From positions 2,234,054 to 2,298,053 of the forward strand of contig CAJINV010000005.1 of NCBI GenBank assembly GCA_905178155.1: a stretch of DNA of 64,000 nucleotides, read 5' to 3'. Of the stretch, positions 57,030 through 64,000 are shown one piece after another. The first letter of the stretch is position 1, and every line of letters begins with the position of its first letter. The notes below the pieces were generated by a model. The model was not told the origin of the DNA. It did not search any database and saw only the letters and a program-made list of their open reading frames with translations. Both the position numbers and the translations under genes were made by a program. This DNA comes from Amoebophrya sp. A120. Taxonomy: Eukaryota; Protista; Dinoflagellata.

Positions 57030-60000
57030 ATGAACGGACATACCAGGCAGTCTAGCAATGCCAGCATGGGTATGCCGATCGGCGCGGACGCTGCGTTCGT
57101 GCTGCAGGAGCAGCAGCAGGGAATGCTGAGGAACGGCAGCAGTCCGAACAGTGAAGTCCCGTACAACGGCGGGATGAATAATTCGTCTAGAAACAACATG
57201 CAGATGCAACGTGTGCCAGCGCCCAATCAGATGCAGGTGCAGAATTGGGTGCAGCAGCAACCGCGTGAAGTCCAGTTGCAACAGCAGCAGGCGCAGTGGT
57301 CTAATTCCAATGGCGTGAACCAGATCCCGCCGGGAATCGGTCCACCCAGCTATTGGGACAATGTGATTGGCGCAACTGTTGAAGGGCGGACGCAGATGCT
57401 AGGTCAGGCCGCATTCTCGCTGCAGAACACACAGCAGCAGAATTTCAACCAGTTGTCGAATGCCGCGATGCAGCTAAATCAACAACAGCATCAGCTCGGG
57501 CAAGCTGCTGTGGAAATCAACCAGCAGAATCAACAACTTGGACAGGCCGCGATGCAGTTGAACGCACAGCGTCAGCAGCTGCAGAGTCAGAATATGATGT
57601 TGAACCAGCAACAGGACCAGATGCTGGCGCAGTCCGGTTTTAATCAGCAGCAGTTGCAGGCTGACGGACAACAGATCCTGAACCGGTTCGGAAATGTCGA
57701 TCAGAGTCTGACCACGGTGCACTCCTCGCTCCAGACGCAAGCCCGTGACTTGCAGAATCTCGCCCGAATTGCAAATGACCTCGAAGAGGAGTCCAAAAGC
57801 AAGAAGGCAGAAAAGGAGCAGTACGAAGCGCGCATGAAAGAAATGGAGGAAGAAATCGCCCGTCTCCGTGATTCTCCCCGAAAGAAGAAGACTGTGGATC
57901 GGCTGAACGAAGTGGAACAGCAGATCAGCAGTGGGGAAGAGGGCGGTACTGTCATCTGGGATGACGTCATCGTCGGGAGACCGATCTTGGACTTGAACGA
58001 GGACGGAGACGACACGCTGTCGAGCATGCAGGAATCTCCGGATGGCAAAGCCAACGAGTCGAGGAAGAAGTCAGTCAAGTTCGAGGAAAACGGTCACAAG
58101 AAGAGTTTCTCTCCTAACACCAAAATTCCCGCACGCAACCAGGAGACTGCGGATCGAGAACAGCGTCTGCGTGATTTCATGAAGACGCACCGTGAAAACT
58201 ACCAGCGTGAAGAAGCTGAAACCCGTGCGAAATTCCTCCAGCAGCAACAGCAGTGGAACTCTGGTGGAAGCATGAACGGATCCAGCAATGGAAACTTCAA
58301 CAGTGGTCACGGTGGCTACAACCCGTATGCAGGACATGGTCACCAGGGGCACGGAGTGAATTCCGGTGGTGTCCGGCCTGGTTTTGCCAACTACGGGTCT
58401 GGTGGTTTGGGTCCGAGCAATGGTTTCTTTGGCGGAAATCAGCAGTTTGGCCCGCACGGAAACTACCACGGAAATTTCGGTACGAACCCTACGGGAACCA
58501 TGAATGGTGGTCACGGTTTTGATCGACGCCTCAGCAGCGCCGGTGGAAACTACGGCGGCGGTGGCTATCAGGTGCAGGCACCGAAAATGCCGGGAATCGC
58601 TGAGTCCCTTCTCCCGATGGGAACGCGACGTGACGGCATCGTGCGATCCGAGAAGTTTTTCTTCACCAAGATCACGTTCGAATCCACCTACAAGGAGCAG
58701 AGCGGTGATCGACTCGGAGTTCCGAACGAGATGCGTTTGATGATCAAAGACCGTATGCCGGATCTCCCTGCACCCACGGTGAAGGAGAATTGCGCCCTGT
58801 GCGGGTGGTTGGAGTCGCTGGAAGAATACCTCATGGGTTTGATTCGCGACGACAACAAGCGCAGTGACGGAAGAGTTTTCTTTCCTGCTCGTGCCGAGCA
58901 CTCCATCATCGAGGAAATGCTCTTCGAAATCGACGCGGACCGTGCGAAAGTGTCGAAGTTTTACCACTGCATGGCCAAGTCAATGAAGGAGAAAGTCCGC
59001 CGGTTCTATTTTAAGAGGAACTACCGCGAGACGTACACCTTCGCCAATCTCGCCGAAGCGCTCTATGTGAGCTACGCGTCGGGATTCGTCCGGAACCGCG
59101 TTGAGATGCAGAAGTGCAAGTCCTTCTATTTCAAGAAAGGTGATGATCCGAAACAGGGTCTATTGCGATACTGCGACGTGGCACAGGATGCGGGAATCAA
59201 TCCCTTCCCAGATAACCATCTGGAGCGACACCGGGTGTGGGAAGATTTTGTCTCCAAATGCCAGAACAAGGAGAACCCCCGCAACAACAATTTTCCGGTC
59301 GAGCTGACGACGCAGTTCATGATGGCGCCGGGGTTTGCCACCATGGAGGTGCCCTACATCGAGGAATTCATCAATTTCCTCAACATGCGCGAAAGCGTCA
59401 GCGTGTTGATGCCAGGACAGGATGAAGAAGCTGCTCGCGACATGGGTTTGACCAAAGAACAAGCTTTCCCGGTCTGCGAAGAAGAAGTGGGCAGTTTCAT
59501 CTCAACCTCGGTGGCAGGGACTTTTGGTCCAGGCAGTGAACTAGTCCTGGCGGCGAAGACCAATCCGCGCAGCAACTACCCGTACGACCCGAAGAAGCCG
59601 TTTGGAAAATGGCCAGTGGGGAACGGGGGCAAAAACCAGAACAACCAGAAGTACGCCGGTGAGTGGAAAAACGGTGGTGGTTCTGGACGGATTGTGTGTC
59701 GCAAGTGTCTCTCGAAAGAGCACAAGACGGACGCCTGTCCGTACGAGGTGAAGGTCTGCAGCTTGTGTTTCAGCCCCGAGCACCTGCGTGACAAGTGTCC
59801 GAAGATGCAGAAGCAGCTGGCCGCTGGTGCTGTGATCGAGCCGGTGACAGCTCTGTTGGGGACCGAGAGGTTTGCCAAGGCCAACATGCCGGAAAAAGTC
59901 GCCATGTTGGTGGAAGCTATCGGCCAGGGCGACATTGAAGCGGTTCTGTTCTCGGTGGTGAAGAAGGACGACACTGAGCGTGCGTTTGCGCTAAGTATGG

Positions 60001-60128
60001 CTGAGGACACGTCCAAGAAGGAGACCTGCTACTACAACGAAGAAATCTTCGGGCGCAACGACGAAAGCCAGGAGTTGGTCTTTCCGGTGAGTGAGGGTTT
60101 CCAGGCGGGCCACAGCGGACGCCAGTAA
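57030..60128 (+). CDS. Gag-like protein with two CCHC zinc knuckles
   Basis: CRKCLSKEHKTDAC and CSLCFSPEHLRDKC (CX2CX4HX4C), preceded by Q-rich, coiled-coil and G/N-rich segments. Confidence 0.85.
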   Translation: MNGHTRQSSNASMGMPIGADAAFVLQEQQQGMLRNGSSPNSEVPYNGGMNNSSRNNMQMQRVPAPNQMQVQNWVQQQPREVQLQQQQAQWSNSNGVNQIPPGIGPPSYWDNVIGATVEGRTQMLGQAAFSLQNTQQQNFNQLSNAAMQLNQQQHQLGQAAVEINQQNQQLGQAAMQLNAQRQQLQSQNMMLNQQQDQMLAQSGFNQQQLQADGQQILNRFGNVDQSLTTVHSSLQTQARDLQNLARIANDLEEESKSKKAEKEQYEARMKEMEEEIARLRDSPRKKKTVDRLNEVEQQISSGEEGGTVIWDDVIVGRPILDLNEDGDDTLSSMQESPDGKANESRKKSVKFEENGHKKSFSPNTKIPARNQETADREQRLRDFMKTHRENYQREEAETRAKFLQQQQQWNSGGSMNGSSNGNFNSGHGGYNPYAGHGHQGHGVNSGGVRPGFANYGSGGLGPSNGFFGGNQQFGPHGNYHGNFGTNPTGTMNGGHGFDRRLSSAGGNYGGGGYQVQAPKMPGIAESLLPMGTRRDGIVRSEKFFFTKITFESTYKEQSGDRLGVPNEMRLMIKDRMPDLPAPTVKENCALCGWLESLEEYLMGLIRDDNKRSDGRVFFPARAEHSIIEEMLFEIDADRAKVSKFYHCMAKSMKEKVRRFYFKRNYRETYTFANLAEALYVSYASGFVRNRVEMQKCKSFYFKKGDDPKQGLLRYCDVAQDAGINPFPDNHLERHRVWEDFVSKCQNKENPRNNNFPVELTTQFMMAPGFATMEVPYIEEFINFLNMRESVSVLMPGQDEEAARDMGLTKEQAFPVCEEEVGSFISTSVAGTFGPGSELVLAAKTNPRSNYPYDPKKPFGKWPVGNGGKNQNNQKYAGEWKNGGGSGRIVCRKCLSKEHKTDACPYEVKVCSLCFSPEHLRDKCPKMQKQLAAGAVIEPVTALLGTERFAKANMPEKVAMLVEAIGQGDIEAVLFSVVKKDDTERAFALSMAEDTSKKETCYYNEEIFGRNDESQELVFPVSEGFQAGHSGRQ
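60095..60101 (+). promoter_or_regulatory. -1 ribosomal frameshift slippery heptamer G GGT TTC
   Basis: X XXY YYZ in correct gag phase. The -1 frame opens immediately after TGA 60092-60094, and gag stops at 60126-60128. Confidence 0.75.
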
Positions 60129-63100
60129 ACTCAACGCAGACTTCTATCGAAAATGTGAAAATTTTGAAAGAAGAAGAAAGTGAGGAGAAAAATTCTTCGA
60201 ACAGTCATGATGTTGCCGAACTTTCTCAATCAAAAGTTGACCTCAGTGAATTTGTCAACTATGCACTACAACGAGCTCTTTTTGCAAGTGAAGATCGGGG
60301 GTACGACGACAATTCCTTCTCTGTCCAGAACAGTGCCGACCCCATTCTCGAGAAGATTCTGCACGAAAAGAACGCGACTCTAATCAGTAAAGAAGTTGAA
60401 GAATTCTCTCCCAGCAGGTGCGCGACCATTTTGGCCGACCTGCAAGGTGAAAAGCAGGCACTTTCCACATTTCCTTCTTCTCCTGCGGAGACCGCTAGCG
60501 GCGCGACCATTTTGGCAACCGAGCGGCACTTCTGCCAGGATGAGAACAAAGCACTTTTTACAATCGAAAGAACCGAAATACAACTTGACGACGGGTACAA
60601 CATTTGTTTGTACCTCACTGCGAGAGCCGGAGAATTCTGTGTGGCCGAGGCTATCAAGAACGGTCTCTCCCTTCCCGAAGACGACGTGGCAGGTGAGCGA
60701 GCCTGCGGGATCGGAGGAGCCCACAGGAAGATACTCCGGAAAATCGCAGTACCCTACAAGATCTACAGTGAAGATGGAGAGCCCTATGCTCTCGGCCTCG
60801 AAAAGGCAACCATCACGGAGGAGGGTCCCAACTTGTACGGCATGACACTGAGAAAAAAGTGTTACTTCTCTGTGCTGGTCAAGCCGGGAACGCCAGATCG
60901 TGTGGAAGGGCACGACGGAACCAAGTTGATCGACTTCCGGGGACAAAATGCAATCTACACGCGCATCTTCGACCTGACCAAGGACGACTATGCAACTCTG
61001 CGTCGGATGCAAGAAGAAGTTCCTCGGGACCAGTGGCTGCGGCCGATCTTCTACAACAAAATTCGCCCCAAGGGAAGCTTGCCGCTGGAGTTTGACTACG
61101 ACCCGATGACAATCCGGCAGTACCAGGACCGGATCACCAAAAGACAGATGGCACAACGTCGCGGGCGCGTCAGCGAGCAGGTGAATTTTGTAAACGAGGT
61201 GGACACCGTGCTTTTCCTTGAGCAGGAAAAGGAAGACCTGATGCGTGTACAGGAGCAGCAGTTCGCGGCAAATACCGACGAAGAAGGAACCTCGACCAAA
61301 GCGCAAAACACGGAAAAGGCAGTAGTAGTAAACCTGCATGACTACGGCTGCAACTGGAGTGATTGGAAAAGCATCCAGCGATGGCTTGACCAGGATCCCC
61401 GACACGTGTACATTGGCCGAGGAGAGAACTGCAAGTGGGGAAACCCATACCGCATTGGGGTGAACGGTGACACTCGTGCAGAGGTATGTCGCAAATACAG
61501 AGACCACTGTGTTGCTCGGGGACTCGACCGTGATGCCCGAGAGGAGCTACCGGGAAAAATCCTCGGATGCTTCTGTTCGCCAGCAGCATGCCACGGCGAC
61601 AGTCTTTTGGAATTTCTGCAGTGCGAAGAGGTTGGAGCTGCAGGCGAAGGAGGAAGTCGTAGTTGGCGTAATCCTCCACCAGCACAAAATCTGGAGCCAG
61701 CGCCGGTTGTTCAGGATGTTCAAGACGGTCTGTTCCGTGTCACCACCGAACAGCTGCGACGAAACGGCGACCGAGGTGGCTACGCTGTTTATCGCGTCGT
61801 GGATTTTGGTCTTACCAAAACCCCGCTCACCCCAGACTGGCTCACGGAGAGAGTCAGGCTTAGGAGGGTGGTGGACGTCCAACGGCAGGAGCGCGCGGTG
61901 CGGGACATCGTGAACGATTGGTCTCGTGCAGATCTGATCAACTCGCAGATGATGATTCCCGGTGGAAAACAAAAATATGTCTCCATCGATTATTATTATC
62001 ATCTCGCCGACGACGCTGGTATTCTCCAAGGAAAAGCAAGAGAAAAGGCGACCCGACTCCGCGGCAAATTGTCGGGACAGTCACACGAGCTTGCAGTTTC
62101 CTTCGATGGGAGCATCGACTATGGAGAAACTGGACCTGGTAACCAGACCGGAAATGTCCGCCAGATCAAGGCCGAAGACGAAGAGAGCGGTTCCCTGCGA
62201 CTAAAGCAGCCTCGACATCTCGATGGTGTCCGCATCTTTACCGCTCGTCATATCGACGATTTACCCGATCCTGTTCGTGCGATGGGATATCGGGTGCGAG
62301 TGGACGAAGAGGCGGAGCTCGAACCAGTGCAGCTTCAGTTTCCGGATCTCGCGCGCGACATGACAGCCAAGAAAATCCGAACCGGATTCAGCGAAGAAGT
62401 CCTTACAGCCATCGACGACAAGTACATCGCGAAATTGATCGGGATGTTACGAGAACACCCGAAGCGGCGAACTCTCCTTCTGGATGCCACCGGTGTAGGT
62501 CTATCTGTTGCGGTCGGCGAACGAATCCGTCGAGCAGGACGATCCAACGTGGTGTTTCACGGGTCTGTAGCGAAAGAACTCTTCGTACACGAGTACACGC
62601 TACTGAATGATGGAACTGCCATGCGGTACAGCGACGAGGAACGACTACGGGTCGACGCTGTGATTTCTTGTTTCCGTTTTGTCAAAAAGGAACATCGCGC
62701 GAAGCTCCGTGCTGTTCAGGAAATCCTCTTCCTGACAGGGAAAGTAGCGAGTGAAAAAGAGTGCTATGACCTCTGCAAGAAACGCCTCTCTACCATCAAC
62801 CTCCAAGAGTTGGAAGAACTTGTTGCTGTTGTTCGGCGGGACACGATGGCGGGCCTGAAATTCGGGCTCAGCAAGCGAAGCAAGTCGCTCACCGGATGGG
62901 ACCCTTGCACAGCCGCCATGCGAGGTGGGGTAACGCTTCTCGACACCTGTTTCCTCACGGAAAACGGAGTGGTGTATGTGGTGATCTGCTGCATGTCTCT
63001 GCCGGATAAGCGCTCCGCGTGTTTCGTCTGCGGGACTAAGTTCAAACTGTCCGCGCTTGTCGCCAAGTCCAAGCTCACCACCGACGAAGCTAATTCCATC

Positions 63101-64000
63101 GAGGAAGGAATTCTGATGAACATGTACACAGAATTCGGCGAGAAACTGTTCCAGGGACACGCCTCTCCTACCAAAGTCGACGTTGTTCGCGCCCTGTGCT
63201 GCTTTCTCGACAAAAAGGTGCTGCGACGCAAGTGCTATGCAGACAGTGGCGTGGAAAGCATCGCGCTCGAGGACTGGCTTCCACTGCACAACAGCGGTAG
63301 AGAAATCTATCTTCTTCCTACCGGCACACCGGTCTATCCGATGGAAAGGCGAATCTTATCGCTCAAGACGATTGTGAAGCGTCTGCGCCGTCTCCCAAAT
63401 TTCAACCGGATGCCGCTCTTCATTCTCTTCAATGAAGCCTGCGAAGCTTTGGCTAACATCTCTTCGACAGGATCAAATGGAAGAAGTTCCAACGAGATGT
63501 GGTGGGGCGTAGAAGAATCCAACAACACGATGACTACGCACCCGGACGACAAGGCAGTCTGCAACTTCGCCGGCGGAAGTACGGAGTACACCATCCAGCA
63601 TCTGAGTGAGTGTCGTGCGAGAGTTTACGGCGAACTGATGACGATGCAGGGAGAAACTTCGTACATCGACGCGGTCGCCAAGATCATGGCAAACTGCAGA
63701 GCAAGATTACGTGCTGCAAACAAAGAAGGTCTCAGCATTGGGGAAACTGTAAATGTTCACAGCCCGCACATGCACGGCGTGGACACGGTCAATCCTGTTT
63801 TTGGCCGTCAGGTTAATAAAGGAGCCTCGGGCTTTGACTACACGATCAAAACGAAGAGAGGGCTTCAGGTTGTAAAAGAGAACATGATCAGTCCGCAACA
63901 CAATCTTGATGCGTTTTGTGATGTTCCAACTGACCTGCAACCATTGACGGAGTTGGATTTTAAGCGAGGTGGAAAACTCTACGAGGCACAACGGAGGAGC
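60095..64000 (+). CDS. Pol polyprotein (partial): retropepsin-like protease, DUF4326, unknown region, DDE integrase
   Basis: Hand translation gives 1302 codons without a stop. Protease IQLDDGYN (D at 60587), CGIGG, NLYGM. DUF4326 VYIGR...KWGNPY...LGCFCSPAACHGDSL. Integrase LLDTCF (62942), YADSGVE (63242), MERRILSLK (E at 63344), then an SH3-like LSIGETVNV segment. Confidence 0.85.

Larger units (their letters stand above)
56398..64000 (+). mobile_element. LTR-type retrotransposon (copia domain order), 5' part; runs off the window
   Basis: Intronless gag plus overlapping pol, a candidate PBS, and an AT-rich candidate 5' LTR. Reverse transcriptase and 3' LTR are not in the window, so the left boundary is tentative. 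Confidence 0.8.

Noticed and set aside
60420-60516. Two CCATTTTGGC motifs resembling the spliced-leader core
   Set aside because: They belong to a short in-frame duplication (ATILA) within pol and lack the TCAAG end.

Overview
Eukaryotic nuclear DNA with short (~100-170 nt) mostly GT-AG introns, long S/T/A-rich insertions in proteins, and every recognisable gene on the + strand. The organism is most plausibly an alveolate of the syndinian/Amoebophrya type (inference only). Genes in order: a GT31 galactosyltransferase interrupted by a TIR/direct-repeat introner-like element; a multi-exon sortilin/Vps10 receptor; a C-terminal J-domain protein; a CH-domain protein; CFAP418/C8orf37; a C2-SH3-HECT E3 ligase; an NSUN2/Trm4-like m5C methyltransferase; unknown proteins; a plant-type MSH1 (MutS + GIY-YIG); a CH-PH protein; small membrane proteins; and an Asp/Asn beta-hydroxylase. 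The 7.5-14.8 kb region holds three copies of a GC-rich structured repeat, a tandem duplication, and a ~2 kb palindromic CCTAGG satellite sitting where the duplicated J-gene body should be. The window ends in an apparently intact LTR-type retroelement. Its gag (two zinc knuckles) overlaps, through a G GGT TTC -1 slippery site, a >1300-codon pol ORF that the ORF track misses. That ORF reads protease - DUF4326 - unknown domain - DDE integrase (copia order). All domain calls are by-eye motif recognition; no searches were run.
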